64,000 nt of DNA, from contig DATBBF010000020.1 of assembly GCA_036271135.1 (NCBI GenBank), positions 37,701 to 101,700 of the forward strand, given 5' to 3'. The position numbers and the translations under genes were made by a program. Position 1 is the first letter of the stretch. Each line of letters begins with the position of its first letter. Below are positions 1-10,167 of this stretch, one piece after another. The DNA is from Solirubrobacteraceae bacterium. Its GTDB lineage: Bacteria > Actinomycetota > Thermoleophilia > Solirubrobacterales > Solirubrobacteraceae. The notes beneath the pieces are model-generated. The model was given only the letters and a program-made list of their open reading frames with translations, had not been told where the DNA came from and ran no database searches.

Positions 1-27
1 CGCATCGTCTGGCGCTAGGATAGCGGA

Positions 28-609
28 ATGGCCATTCCGACACAGCCTCAGAGGCTCGCGAAGGGCCCGGCATGGACTGAGCTCGACGCAGAGGCCAAGC
101 GCGAGCGGCTGCTGAGCGCCGCCGGGGAGGTGTTCGCGCGCGAGGGCATCGAGGCTCCGATGCCGGTCGTCGCGGCGGCGGCCGGGGCGGGCGTCGGCAG
201 CGTCTACCGCCAGTTCCCCTCCAAGGAGGATCTGATCGCGGCGCTCGTCGTCAGGCGCTTGGACTCGGTCACAGCCGACATCGAGGCAGCGCTGGCACGA
301 GGCGGCGGGCCGTGGCCCGCGTTCGTGGCGCTGATGTGGGAGCTGGCCGACCGGCAGGCCGGCGACGACGTCGTCGCCGAGGCGATGGCGACCGTCACCG
401 AGCACCCGGCGGTCGCTGAGGGCGCCTGGCGCTGCGAGCAGCGGATCGAAGCGCTGATGGAGAAGGCTCGGGGCGACGGATCGCTGCGAGCCGACGCGAC
501 GCCGAGCGACGTGCGCCTGCTGCTGGCCGCCGTGCGCGCGGTGCGCCGGCGTGAGCCAGAGAGCTGGCGACGAATCCTCGAGTTGGGTCTCGACGGCCTA
601 GCCGGCTGA
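28..609 (+). CDS. TetR/AcrR family transcriptional regulator
   Basis: 193-aa ORF. The N-terminal helix-turn-helix segment (AAAAGAGVGSVYRQFPSKEDLIAAL) is typical of the TetR_N domain, and the C-terminal helical part is variable. Confidence 0.85.
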   Translation: MAIPTQPQRLAKGPAWTELDAEAKRERLLSAAGEVFAREGIEAPMPVVAAAAGAGVGSVYRQFPSKEDLIAALVVRRLDSVTADIEAALARGGGPWPAFVALMWELADRQAGDDVVAEAMATVTEHPAVAEGAWRCEQRIEALMEKARGDGSLRADATPSDVRLLLAAVRAVRRREPESWRRILELGLDGLAG

Positions 610-1731
610 GGCGCCCGCGGCGAGGTGGGACTCCAGGCGCTCGATCGCCTCGGGGAGGCTGCGCCGGCCGAAGCCCAGGCGGACGTGGCGAGGCTGCTCG
701 TAGACGGACCCGGGGAGCAGCAGCACGCCCGCCTGCTCGGCTGTGCGCTCACACCAGGCCGTGACGTCGCGATCGTCGCGGATGCGAGGGAAGCCGATCG
801 GGCCCGCTGTCGGGTGGACCCATTCGAACAGCTCCTCGTGCCTCGCCAGGAACTCCTCGATCGACGTCAGGTTCGAGACGACCAGGCGACGGTTCTCCTC
901 GATCAGGCGCTCGGAGTGGCGCAGCGCCAGCGCCACCAGCACTTCGCTCGGGGCGCTCGAGCAGATCGTCGTATAGAGCTTCAGTTCGCGGATCCGGCGC
1001 AGCAGTCCCGCATCGCGGCAGGCCAGCCATCCGATCCGCAGGCCGGGCAGCCCATATGACTTCGAGACGGTGTTCAGGGAAATCGCCCGCTCGTAGAGAT
1101 CGCAGGCGGCGGGAAGCCGGTCGGCGGAGTCGTGCTCGAGGCCCCTGTAGACCTCGTCGCTGAACAGGACGATCTCGCGCTCGGCCAGCATCGCTACCAG
1201 CCGCTCGAGCTGCTCCGGAGGTATCTGAGTGCCCGTCGGGTTGTGGGGGCTGTTGAGGTACAGAACCTTGGTCTCGGGCCTCAGCATCTGCTCCAGGGCA
1301 TCGAGGTCATGCGCCCAGCCATCCTCATATCGACGCTGCCAGAGACTGACGTCGGCGCCGGTGCTACGTGCCACGGCGATCGCCGAGCCGTAGCTGGGGG
1401 CCTCGACGACGACGTGGTCGCCGGGCTCGAGCAGGGCGTGGTAGACGATGAAGATGCCCTCCTCGGCGGCTGCCAGCGTGAGGACGTCATCGGGTGCGAT
1501 GCGCTCGTACAGAGCGGCCACGGCGCCGAGCAGCTCGGCCGAGCCCGCCACCTCGGTGTAGCCGAGGCGCAGGCTGGTCAGCCGCTCCAGGGCGTCGGAC
1601 TCGAGCGCCAGCAGATCGGCGATCGGGCGCGACTCGCAGTCGCTGCTGGAGAGCATCAGCTCGGCGCGAAACTCCCAGCGGTCGTAGAAGCGCTCGATCT
1701 CGAAGGGCTCGATCCTCACCGCCCGATGCAT
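598..1731 (-). CDS. PLP-dependent aminotransferase, class I/II
   Basis: Track ORF 598..2085 trimmed to the ATG at 1731 (MHRAVRIEPFEIERFYDRWEF). The upstream extension is Arg/Ser/Pro-rich junk. Motifs LNSPHNPTG and SKSYGLPGLRIGW (PLP-lysine region) are present. Confidence 0.85.
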   Translation of the reverse strand: MHRAVRIEPFEIERFYDRWEFRAELMLSSSDCESRPIADLLALESDALERLTSLRLGYTEVAGSAELLGAVAALYERIAPDDVLTLAAAEEGIFIVYHALLEPGDHVVVEAPSYGSAIAVARSTGADVSLWQRRYEDGWAHDLDALEQMLRPETKVLYLNSPHNPTGTQIPPEQLERLVAMLAEREIVLFSDEVYRGLEHDSADRLPAACDLYERAISLNTVSKSYGLPGLRIGWLACRDAGLLRRIRELKLYTTICSSAPSEVLVALALRHSERLIEENRRLVVSNLTSIEEFLARHEELFEWVHPTAGPIGFPRIRDDRDVTAWCERTAEQAGVLLLPGSVYEQPRHVRLGFGRRSLPEAIERLESHLAAGASAG

Positions 1732-1768
1732 AGCATGTGCGATCGCCTCCTTCGATGCACAAGCAGTC

Positions 1769-2890
1769 GTGATCGGCGCGGGGGTGGTCGGCTGCGCGAT
1801 CGCTCGCGCGCTCGCCGAGCGCGGCATGCAGACGCTCCTGCTGGAGTCCTCCGAGCGGATCGGGGCAGGGGCCAGCGGCGCCAACTCGGGGATCCTGCAC
1901 ACGGGCTTCGACTCCAAGCCGGGTGAGCTGGAGACGGAGCTGATCCTGCGCTCGGCACGATTGCGCGAGGACGCCGTGCCGCGACTGGGGGTGGAGGTCT
2001 GGCGCTGCGGTGCGCGGCTGCGGGCCGACGGCTCCGAGGAGCAGCTGCGGGCGGTCGAGCGGCTTGCCGAGAACGCGCGGGGCAACGATGTCGAAGCGTC
2101 CCTCGTAGAGCCCGGCGAGCTGCTGGTCCCAGGCGAGTCGGTGACGGACCCAGTCGCCTACACGACAGCCCTGGCCGACGCCGCGCTGAGCGCCGGGGCG
2201 ACGCTGCGGCTCGACACGCCCGTCGCGAGGCTTCAGCGAGCCGAAGACTGCGTCCTACTCGAGCTCGCCGGCGGCGGACGACTGCGGACGCCGGCGGTCG
2301 TCAACTGCGCCGGCCTGCACGCCGATGAGCTGACGGGCACGGCAGCATTCGAGGTCTATCCGCGCAAGGGCGAGTTCTTCGTGTTCGAGCAGCCACCGGA
2401 GGAGCGGCTCGAGGAGATCCTGCTGCCGGTGCCCTCCTCCGTCGGTAAGGGCGTGCTCGTCTTCCCGACGATCGACGGTCACGTGATCGCGGGCCCGACG
2501 GCCAAGGACCGGCTCGACAAGCGGGACTGGACGGTCGAGGCCGACGCGGGGGAGCTGATCCTCGGACCGGCCCGACGGATGTTCCCGGCGCTGGAGGGGA
2601 CCGAGCCGATCGCCGCCTACGCCGGGCTGCGGCCCGCCGGGCGGGGAGTCAACTACGCGATCGCGCCTTCACCTCACATCGAAGGCCTGATCGACGTAGC
2701 GGCGATCCGTTCGACGGGCCTGTCGGCGTCACTGGGGATCGCCGATCATGTCGCGGCGCTCGTGGCTGAGACGACGAAGCTCGGCCCGCACACACCGCCG
2801 GCATCCCCCGAGCCGCTGCCACGCCGCGGCATCGCGATCCCCTGGTGGCAGTCGGCGGCTGAGCGCTCGGCGACGCAGGCCCCGCCGTGA
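1769..2890 (+). CDS. FAD-dependent oxidoreductase (DAO family, glycerol-3-phosphate dehydrogenase-like)
   Basis: GTG start. N-terminal dinucleotide fold IGAGVVGCAIARAL...LLES, 373 aa. The stop overlaps the downstream FGGY kinase start (GTGA), suggesting a glycerol/polyol module. Confidence 0.75.
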   Translation: MIGAGVVGCAIARALAERGMQTLLLESSERIGAGASGANSGILHTGFDSKPGELETELILRSARLREDAVPRLGVEVWRCGARLRADGSEEQLRAVERLAENARGNDVEASLVEPGELLVPGESVTDPVAYTTALADAALSAGATLRLDTPVARLQRAEDCVLLELAGGGRLRTPAVVNCAGLHADELTGTAAFEVYPRKGEFFVFEQPPEERLEEILLPVPSSVGKGVLVFPTIDGHVIAGPTAKDRLDKRDWTVEADAGELILGPARRMFPALEGTEPIAAYAGLRPAGRGVNYAIAPSPHIEGLIDVAAIRSTGLSASLGIADHVAALVAETTKLGPHTPPASPEPLPRRGIAIPWWQSAAERSATQAPP

Positions 2891-4353
2891 GCGACCCCGC
2901 GCCGCTGCTGCTGGGCATCGACGAGGGCACGACTGCCGTCAAGGCCGCCCTGTTCGAGGCAGACCTCACGCCGCTGGCGGAGGCCCGCCGGGAGGTCGCG
3001 ACCTCCCACCCTGCCGCGGGGCTGGTCGAGCAGGACGCCGAGGAGGTGCTGGCGGCGGTCGTAGCGGCGGTGGCCGAGGTGCTGGCCGAGGCAAACGCAC
3101 GACCGGTGATCGCCGGGCTTGCCCATCAGGGCGAGTCAGTGCTCGCCTGGGACGCCCGCGACGGGCACGCGCTGACGCCGATCGTGACCTGGCAGGACAA
3201 GCGGCAGGAGTCGCTGCTGGCGACGATCGACGCGGCGGCGGTGAGCGCTACGGGACTGCCGCTGGATCCCTACTTCTCGGCGGGGAAGCTCGCCTGGGTG
3301 CTCGAGCACGACCCCGCTGTCGCAGCCGCCCGCGACGCCGGGCACCTGCGGATGGGCACAGTCGACGCGTTCCTCTCAGACCGCCTGGGCGGCCGCTACG
3401 CGACGGACCTGTCGACGGCCTCGCGTACGCAGCTGCTGGCGCTGGACGGGCACGACTGGGACGAAGGCCTGCTGGAGCTGTTCGGCCTGCGGAGGGAATG
3501 GCTGCCGGCGGTGGGACCGACGTTCGGCGCGCTGGGCGAGCTCAGGCACGAGAGCTGGCCGGTGGCGCTCACGCTGTGTGCACAGCTGGTCGACCAGCAG
3601 GCGGCGCTGGCAGGCTCCGGCGCTATCGAGCCCGGTGAGGTCAAGGCGACCTACGGCACGGGAGTGTTCGTGCTGGGCCGGACCGATGGCCCGGTACGGG
3701 CCAAGGGTCTCCTGCCGACGGTCGCCTGGGCGGCCCCCGGCGCGAGCGGAGGGATCGGTGCGGTCGACTACGCCCTCGACGGCGGCGTGTTCGCGGCGGG
3801 CGCGCTGTTGGAGTGGATGGCACACGACCTCGGCCTGGCGGCGGACGTGCCCTCGCTGACCGCTCTCGCCGCGACGGTCGCCGACAGCGCGGGCACGATG
3901 CTGTTGCCGGCGCTTTCGGGACTGGGATCGCCGTGGTGGCAGCCGGGCGCCCGGGGCACGATCGCCGGACTGCACGGTGGCGTGCGTCCCGCTCACCTGG
4001 CGAGGGCGGGCCTGGAGGGGATCGCCCATCGGGTCGCCGATGTCGTCGAGGCGATGGCGGCGGCGATCCCGATCTCGAGCCTGCGCGTCGACGGTGGGCT
4101 GACGAACGACCCGACGCTCCTTCAGATCCAGGCCGACGTGCTCGGGCTCCCCTTGTCGGTGGGGCGAGCGGACACGACGGTGCTGGGAGCAGCGCTGCTG
4201 GCGGGGCTCGGCGCGGGCACGTTCTCCTCGCTGGGAGCGGCGGTCGCGAATCTGCCGGGCGAGCGGATCGTCGCTCCGACAAGCGAGCCAGCCGCCCACT
4301 TGGCCGACCGCGCGCGCTGGCGGCAGTTCGTCGGTCAAGCTTCGCGGCTGTAG
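2887..4353 (+). CDS. FGGY-family carbohydrate kinase (glycerol kinase-like)
   Basis: 488 aa. N-terminal LGIDEGTTAVKAALF ATPase motif and C-terminal LRVDGGLTNDPTLLQIQADVLG motif, both typical of the FGGY family. Confidence 0.85.
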   Translation: MSDPAPLLLGIDEGTTAVKAALFEADLTPLAEARREVATSHPAAGLVEQDAEEVLAAVVAAVAEVLAEANARPVIAGLAHQGESVLAWDARDGHALTPIVTWQDKRQESLLATIDAAAVSATGLPLDPYFSAGKLAWVLEHDPAVAAARDAGHLRMGTVDAFLSDRLGGRYATDLSTASRTQLLALDGHDWDEGLLELFGLRREWLPAVGPTFGALGELRHESWPVALTLCAQLVDQQAALAGSGAIEPGEVKATYGTGVFVLGRTDGPVRAKGLLPTVAWAAPGASGGIGAVDYALDGGVFAAGALLEWMAHDLGLAADVPSLTALAATVADSAGTMLLPALSGLGSPWWQPGARGTIAGLHGGVRPAHLARAGLEGIAHRVADVVEAMAAAIPISSLRVDGGLTNDPTLLQIQADVLGLPLSVGRADTTVLGAALLAGLGAGTFSSLGAAVANLPGERIVAPTSEPAAHLADRARWRQFVGQASRL

Positions 4354-4360
4354 CGCACCA

Positions 4361-5614
4361 CTAACCGACTCGCGCCTCGTAGCCGGCAGCGGCGAGAGTC
4401 GCGATGACCTCGTCGGTGTGGCCGGGCCCGCGAGTCTGGAGCGTCAGCTCGACGGCTGTCTCGCGGACGTGGAGGGGAACCGCCTCGCGGAGGTGCTCGA
4501 TGCTGAGGACGTTGGCGCGAGTTCCGGCGACGAGACCGAGCAGCTCGGCCAGTCCGCCCGGTCGATCGGGGACGCGAGTGGAGATCCGCACGCGCCGGCC
4601 CTCCTCGGTTTCGTGGCGCAGCAGCAGCGAGGCGAGCAGGCCGCTGTCGACGTTGCCGCCGGAGACGATCGCGACGGTCGTGCCCGCGGCGGGCTCGAGG
4701 GCGCCGCTGCGAAGCGCCGCGACGGCGACCGCTCCGGCGCCCTCAGCGACGAGCTTGGCGCGCTCGGCGAGCAGCACCATCGCGTCGGCGATCTGGTCCT
4801 CGCTGACGGTCAGCAATCCGTCGAGCAGCTCTCGCAGCAGCGGCAATGTCAGCGAGCCGGGACGCTTGACGGCGACGCCGTCGGCGATGGTGATCTCGCT
4901 GGCGTGGCCGGCGGGACGGCCGGCAAGGAGGTCGGCGTAGGGTGCGCAGACGCCGGCTTGGACGCCGATCAGCTGCACGTCGGCGCCGGCCTGGCGCAGG
5001 GCGATCCCGATCCCGCTTGCGAGCCCGCCGCCGCCAACGGGGACGATCACACGAGCCAGGTCGGGGACATCCGACAACAGCTCGAGGCCGATGCTGGCCT
5101 GGCCGGCGATCACGTCGATGTCGTCGAAGGGATGGACGAAGGCGGCGCCCCGCTCTTGAGCCCGAGCGAGAGCCAGTTCGAGCGAGTCGTCGACGGAGGC
5201 GCCCTCCAGACGCACGGCGGCGCCGAGGGCTTCGACGGCGAGGACCTTGGAGACGGGCGCGTCGCGGGGCATGAAGACCTCGCAGCCGAGGCCACGCAGC
5301 CGGGCGGCGTAGGCCAGGGCGCGCGCGTGGTTGCCGGCGCTGGCGGTGACGAGGCCGCCCTCGGCGTCCGCGCCGAGCGCGGCGATGCGGCTGAGGACGC
5401 CGCGCAGCTTGAAGGAGCCGGTTGCCTGCAGGCACTCGGCCTTCAGCGACACGGGCCCGCCGAGCAGCTCGGAGAGGTCGGGGCTCGCGACGGTCGGCGT
5501 GCGAACGGCGACGGCAGCGACAGCGCCCACGGCCACCTGGAGGTCGGTCGCGTCGATCAGCTCTCGAGCCTCCTGCGAAGTGAGCTGATCGCCGGCCGCA
5601 TTTACACCGGTCAT
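4361..5614 (-). CDS. ilvA: threonine ammonia-lyase (threonine dehydratase) with C-terminal ACT-like domain
   Basis: 417 aa. PLP-lysine motif GSFKLRG, glycine loop VPVGGGGLASG, and a C-terminal ~80-aa regulatory domain. Confidence 0.85.
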   Translation of the reverse strand: MTGVNAAGDQLTSQEARELIDATDLQVAVGAVAAVAVRTPTVASPDLSELLGGPVSLKAECLQATGSFKLRGVLSRIAALGADAEGGLVTASAGNHARALAYAARLRGLGCEVFMPRDAPVSKVLAVEALGAAVRLEGASVDDSLELALARAQERGAAFVHPFDDIDVIAGQASIGLELLSDVPDLARVIVPVGGGGLASGIGIALRQAGADVQLIGVQAGVCAPYADLLAGRPAGHASEITIADGVAVKRPGSLTLPLLRELLDGLLTVSEDQIADAMVLLAERAKLVAEGAGAVAVAALRSGALEPAAGTTVAIVSGGNVDSGLLASLLLRHETEEGRRVRISTRVPDRPGGLAELLGLVAGTRANVLSIEHLREAVPLHVRETAVELTLQTRGPGHTDEVIATLAAAGYEARVG

Positions 5615-5667
5615 GTCAGTTGAAGGTATAGGTTGTGTGCCTTATCGAGCAACGGTGAGTCGAAGCG

Positions 5668-6561
5668 GTGGGTGACCTGAACGACATCCTGCACGACCTG
5701 GAGCACTCTCTGGGTTTCCTCGGCGGCGAGCCGGTGCCTCTTGAGGGAGGCATCACCAACCGCAACTTCAAGGTCAGCTTCGGCGGCAGTGACTACGTGG
5801 TGCGACTGCACGGCAAGGACACGGACCTGCTGGGGATCAGCCGCGAGGCCGAGCGGGTGGCCAACACGGCGGCGGCTGGGCTGGGGATCGCACCGGCGGT
5901 GGTGGCGAGCTTCGAGGGTGGACTGGTGACCCGCTACATCTCCTGTGCCTCGATGGAGGCCCCCGAGATCGCGGCGCGAGCGGAGGAGATCGGCCGCGCC
6001 CTGCGGCGCTTTCACGACTCGGCGGTGGAGCTGCCGGTGAGCTTCTCGGTGCCGGATCTGCTCGAGGAGTACGGACGGCTGATCGCCGAGCGTGGCGGTC
6101 GCCCATCGGCCGACTACGAGCATGCCCGGGAGCTGGCGACTCAGATCGTGGCGGCGGCTCCGGCACGGACGCAGCGGCCGTGTCACAACGACCTGCTGGC
6201 TGGGAACCTGGTGAGGGAGCGGCCTTCCGATCGAGTGATGATCGTCGACTGGGAGTACGCGGGGATGGGCGACCCGGGCTTCGACCTGGGCAACCTGTCG
6301 GTCAACAACGACTTCGACGAGGCCGCCGAGGAACGGCTGCTCGCCGCTTACCACGACTGCACCCCGTCGCCGCCGCAGCGAGCGCGACTGAAGCTGATGC
6401 GGCTGCTGTCGGACATCCGCGAGGCCGCCTGGGGCGCGATGCAGGCTCGGGTCTCCGACCTTGACTTCGACTTCGAGGGCTACGGCGAGCGTCACTTCGC
6501 GCGGCTGCGCGAGGCGCTCGCGGGTCCCGAGCTGGCCGGATGGCTGGCGGCGGTGAGCTGA
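5668..6561 (+). CDS. choline/ethanolamine kinase-like phosphotransferase (APH superfamily)
   Basis: 297 aa. Catalytic HNDLLAGNL motif and DWEYAGMGDPGFDLGN motif, as in the choline kinase/APH fold. Confidence 0.75.
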   Translation: MGDLNDILHDLEHSLGFLGGEPVPLEGGITNRNFKVSFGGSDYVVRLHGKDTDLLGISREAERVANTAAAGLGIAPAVVASFEGGLVTRYISCASMEAPEIAARAEEIGRALRRFHDSAVELPVSFSVPDLLEEYGRLIAERGGRPSADYEHARELATQIVAAAPARTQRPCHNDLLAGNLVRERPSDRVMIVDWEYAGMGDPGFDLGNLSVNNDFDEAAEERLLAAYHDCTPSPPQRARLKLMRLLSDIREAAWGAMQARVSDLDFDFEGYGERHFARLREALAGPELAGWLAAVS

Positions 6562-6564
6562 GCG

Positions 6565-9033
6565 ATGGTGCGCCCCCGCGAGCTTCCCGAGCGCGCTCGC
6601 GTGGTGATCATCGGCGGCGGCGTGGGTGGCGCCTCAATCGCCTACCACCTCGCACAGGCGGGGGAGCGCGACGTGGTGCTGCTCGACCGCAACGAGCTGA
6701 CGAGCGGCTCGACGTTCCACTCGGCGGGGCTGGTCGGTCAGCTGCGCTCGAGCTTGCCGCTGACGCGGATGATGATGGACTCGGTGGAGCTGTACAGGAC
6801 GCTCGACTGCGGCTGGGTGGAGTGCGGGGGGATCCGTCTGGCATGTACGGAGGAGCGCGAGCAGGAGGTGCTGCGCCAGGTCGCTTGGGCGCGCACCTTC
6901 GGACTGCCCCTGGAGCTGATCTCCCCAGATGAGGCCAAGGAGATGTTCCCGCTGATGGAGACGACGGGGGTGCGGTGCGGCTCCTACCTGGCGACGGACG
7001 GCTACCTGGACCCGTCGTTGCTGACGACGGCCCTGGCCGACGGCGCGCGCGCCGGCGGCGCGCGGATCTTCACCCATACGCGGGTGACGGGCATCGACGT
7101 CGACGAGTCGGTGCCGGGCAGCCCGCGGGTCAGGGGCGTGCAGACGGAGTGGGGCCCGATCGAGGCTGAGGTGGTGGTCAACGCCGGCGGCATGTTCGCG
7201 GCGGAGATCGGTCGGCTCGCCGGGGTCCGGGTTCCGATCGTGCCGTTCGCCCACGAGTACCTCGTCACTCAGCCGTTCCGGGACAGGACCCCCACCCACC
7301 CAGGCCAAGGGGAGATCGTGCACCTGCCGACGCTGCGCGACCCGGACCTCCTGATCTACTTCCGCGAGGAGGGCGGCGGGCTGATCATGGGCGGCTATGA
7401 GCGCACCTCGGCGCCATGGGCGCTGGACGAGCACCTGCTCGACGCGGTCCCTCAGGATTTCAACGGGCGGCTGCTGGAAGAGGACTGGCCGCGCTTCGAG
7501 GAGATCGCGGCCAACTCGCGCAAGCGAGTTCCGGTGATGGACGAGATCACGGTGACGAAGCTGATCAACGGGCCGGAGGCGTTCACGCCCGACAACGAGT
7601 TCTGCCTCGGCGAGAGCGAGGTCTCGGGCTTCTTCGTGGCGGCCGGCTTCTGCGCGCACGGCCTGGCGGGTGCGGGCGGCATCGGCAAGGCGATGGCCGA
7701 GTGGATCATCGCCGGGGAGCCCGGCCAGGACATGTGGGAGATGGACATCAGGCGCTTCGGGCCGCACTTCCGCTCTCCGAGCTACACGCTGAAGCGCACG
7801 AAGGAGGTCTATGAGACCTACTACGACATCCGCTACCCGGGCCACGAGCGCCAGGCGGGCCGGCCGCTGCGGACCTCGAGCGCCTACCCGTGGCACGCCT
7901 CCCACGAGGCGGCGTTTGGCGAGAAGTCGGGCTGGGAGCGGGTCAACTGGTACGAGTCCAACGTGGCCGCGGGGGACGAGTCGCTGCGGCCACGCGGCTG
8001 GGCGGGGATGCACTGGTCGCCGGCGATCGGTGCCGAGCACCTGGGCACGCGCGAGCGGGCGGGGCTGTTCGACGAGTCGTCCTTCTCGAAGCTGGAGATC
8101 GCCGGTCCGGGAGCAGCGAGCTTCCTGGAAGGGCTGTGCGACAACCGCGTCGCACGAGAGGTGGGCGCGATCACCTACACGCAGATGCTCAATCGCCGCG
8201 GCGGGATCGAGTGCGACTTCACGGTGACGAGGGTCGAGGAGGAGCTGTTCTCGATCGTCACGGGAACGGCCTTCGGCAACCACGACCTGAGCTGGATCCG
8301 CAGGCATGCGCCGCGCGACGGGAGTGTGCGCTGCACGGACGTGACGGCGCGGTGGGCGTGCTTCGCCCTGTGGGGGCCGCGAGCGCCGGAGATCCTGGCA
8401 CCGCTGACGCCGGACCCACTGGACTTCCCCTACATGCACATGCGCGAGCTGCCGATCGGCGACGTGCCGGCGCGGGCCCTGCGGGTGACGTTCGTCGGTG
8501 AGATCGGCTGGGAGCTGTACTGCCCGACGGAGTACGGGGCGGGGCTGTGGCGCTCGCTGTGGGAGGCCGGGCGCGAGCACGGCCTCGTCGCGGGCGGCTA
8601 CAAGGCGATCGACTCGATGCGTCTGGAGAAGGGCTACAGGGTGTGGGCGGCGGACATCACTCCCGATGAGACGCCGCTGGAGTCGGGGCTGGGCTTCTGC
8701 GTGAAGGACGACGGCGGCTTCATCGGGGCAGCGGCGCTCGGGGCGGCGGGCGCACCGGAGCGAAAGCTGCGCTGCCTTGTGCTGGATGACCCCCGCTCGG
8801 TGGCGCTCGGCAATGAGCCTGTGCGGATCGACGGCGAGGTGCTCGGTCGTGTCACGAGCGGTGGCTACGGCTATACGGTGGAGCGCTCGATCGCCTATGC
8901 CTACCTCCCGGCGGAGGTCGAGGTGGGCACGACCGTGGAGGTCGACATCTTTGGGCGATGGGTGTCGGGCGTGCTCGCCCGGGAGCCTTTGTTCGACCCG
9001 AAAGGGGAACGAGTCAGAGGAGGATCCGCGTAG
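6565..9033 (+). CDS. dimethylglycine/sarcosine dehydrogenase-like protein (FAD DAO domain fused to GcvT aminomethyltransferase domain)
   Basis: 822 aa. N-terminal VVIIGGGVGGASIAYHL FAD fold. The C-terminal half has a GcvT-like folate-binding region (LFDESSFSKLEIAGPGA...GYKAIDSMRLEKGY). Confidence 0.85.
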   Translation: MVRPRELPERARVVIIGGGVGGASIAYHLAQAGERDVVLLDRNELTSGSTFHSAGLVGQLRSSLPLTRMMMDSVELYRTLDCGWVECGGIRLACTEEREQEVLRQVAWARTFGLPLELISPDEAKEMFPLMETTGVRCGSYLATDGYLDPSLLTTALADGARAGGARIFTHTRVTGIDVDESVPGSPRVRGVQTEWGPIEAEVVVNAGGMFAAEIGRLAGVRVPIVPFAHEYLVTQPFRDRTPTHPGQGEIVHLPTLRDPDLLIYFREEGGGLIMGGYERTSAPWALDEHLLDAVPQDFNGRLLEEDWPRFEEIAANSRKRVPVMDEITVTKLINGPEAFTPDNEFCLGESEVSGFFVAAGFCAHGLAGAGGIGKAMAEWIIAGEPGQDMWEMDIRRFGPHFRSPSYTLKRTKEVYETYYDIRYPGHERQAGRPLRTSSAYPWHASHEAAFGEKSGWERVNWYESNVAAGDESLRPRGWAGMHWSPAIGAEHLGTRERAGLFDESSFSKLEIAGPGAASFLEGLCDNRVAREVGAITYTQMLNRRGGIECDFTVTRVEEELFSIVTGTAFGNHDLSWIRRHAPRDGSVRCTDVTARWACFALWGPRAPEILAPLTPDPLDFPYMHMRELPIGDVPARALRVTFVGEIGWELYCPTEYGAGLWRSLWEAGREHGLVAGGYKAIDSMRLEKGYRVWAADITPDETPLESGLGFCVKDDGGFIGAAALGAAGAPERKLRCLVLDDPRSVALGNEPVRIDGEVLGRVTSGGYGYTVERSIAYAYLPAEVEVGTTVEVDIFGRWVSGVLAREPLFDPKGERVRGGSA

Positions 9034-9133
9034 CGGCCGCCGTCGCGTAGCGGCCCGCGACCTAAGCGCGGGCACCGTTGGGATGGTCGCCCTCAGCGCG
9101 GGACAGGCGGGAACGTCGGGGCGAGTGCCGGCC

Positions 9134-9958
9134 TCAAGCGTCCGTCGCGAACGCCTCGCGAACCAGCCGCACGCCCTCGGCGGAGTCGGCGGTGTACTCG
9201 TGGGTGCCCTGCTGGAGCAGCTCCCGCCCGGCCCGAACAGCAGCGGCATATGCCGTGAAGGCAAAGGCCCCTCCGACCGAGACGCGAGCGACGCCGAGAG
9301 CGGCGAGCTCAGGGACAGCCGGGGTGGAGGCGCGGATCAGTACGTTGACAGGCAACCCGACGGCATCCAGCAACGCCCGCAGCTCCTCGGTCGTATCGAG
9401 GCCGGGCGCGTAGAGAACGTCGGCGCCGGCGTCTTGGTAAGCGAGCAGGCGGGCGATCGTGTCGTCGGGATCGGGGCGATCGTGCAGGTAGTTCTCGGCG
9501 CGGGCGGTGAGCACCAACCGTACGTCTCCGTCGTGGGCCGCAGTAGCTGCAGTGGCAACCCGTTCGGCGGCGTCCTCGATTGGGCGGATCCGTTCGGCGG
9601 CGGGATCCCAGTCCTCGATCGAGCAGCCCGCAAGACCGGCCTTGCGGGCAAGGGCGACGGTCTCGGCGATCCCGCCGGGCTCCTCGGGGTAGCAGTCCTC
9701 GAGGTCGGCCGAGACGGGCACGTCGACGCCGTCGCAGAGGCCGGCGGCGTGCGCGAGGGCGTCCTCACGGGAGATCCCATAGTCGAGCCGTCCGAGGCTG
9801 GCGGCGAGGCCGCTGCTGGTAGTTGCGAGCGCCTTGAACCCCGCGGCGACGAGCAGGCGTGCCGAGCCGAGGTCCCAGGCGTTGGCCATCAGCAGCGGCG
9901 CTCCGGGCCGGTGCAGCTCCAGGAACTCGCGGGCACGCGCTGCGCGATCGACGGACAT
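9134..9958 (-). CDS. isocitrate lyase/PEP mutase superfamily protein (2-methylisocitrate lyase-like)
   Basis: Track ORF trimmed to the ATG at 9958, which is preceded by GGAGG. MSVDRAARAREFLELHRPGAPLLMANAWDLGSARLL is typical of the PEP mutase family N-terminus. Confidence 0.8.
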   Translation of the reverse strand: MSVDRAARAREFLELHRPGAPLLMANAWDLGSARLLVAAGFKALATTSSGLAASLGRLDYGISREDALAHAAGLCDGVDVPVSADLEDCYPEEPGGIAETVALARKAGLAGCSIEDWDPAAERIRPIEDAAERVATAATAAHDGDVRLVLTARAENYLHDRPDPDDTIARLLAYQDAGADVLYAPGLDTTEELRALLDAVGLPVNVLIRASTPAVPELAALGVARVSVGGAFAFTAYAAAVRAGRELLQQGTHEYTADSAEGVRLVREAFATDA

Positions 9959-10167
9959 AGGGGCCTCCAGTCGTTGTCTCGAGCGGAAGGATGCCCGATC
10001 GCCGCCCATCAGACCGTGCGAAACGGGGGCTGGCGCAATTGTCAGCGAGACAGTATCTTCACGTTTACACGACGGGGCCGTACGTGGGGAACAATCGAGC
10101 GGTCGTCGTCAAAAAGCGAGGGGGACGGCCGGGTCGCGACCGGGCCGTCGAACGGAGGGAGACAGGG

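Noticed and set aside
6634-9264. 876-aa minus-strand ORF antisense to the dimethylglycine-dehydrogenase-like gene
   Set aside because: The composition is dominated by Arg/Pro/Ala/Gly/His with no recognisable motif. It lies opposite a gene with clear FAD and GcvT motifs. It is a typical stop-codon-poor antisense frame of a ~70% GC genome.
10030-10075. Possible Pho-box-like direct repeats or promoter (TTGTCAGCGAGACAGTATCTTCACGTTTACACG) upstream of the phospholipase C gene
   Set aside because: The spacing and repeat units do not fit the 11-nt PhoP direct-repeat pattern convincingly. There is too little evidence for a call without a matrix scan.
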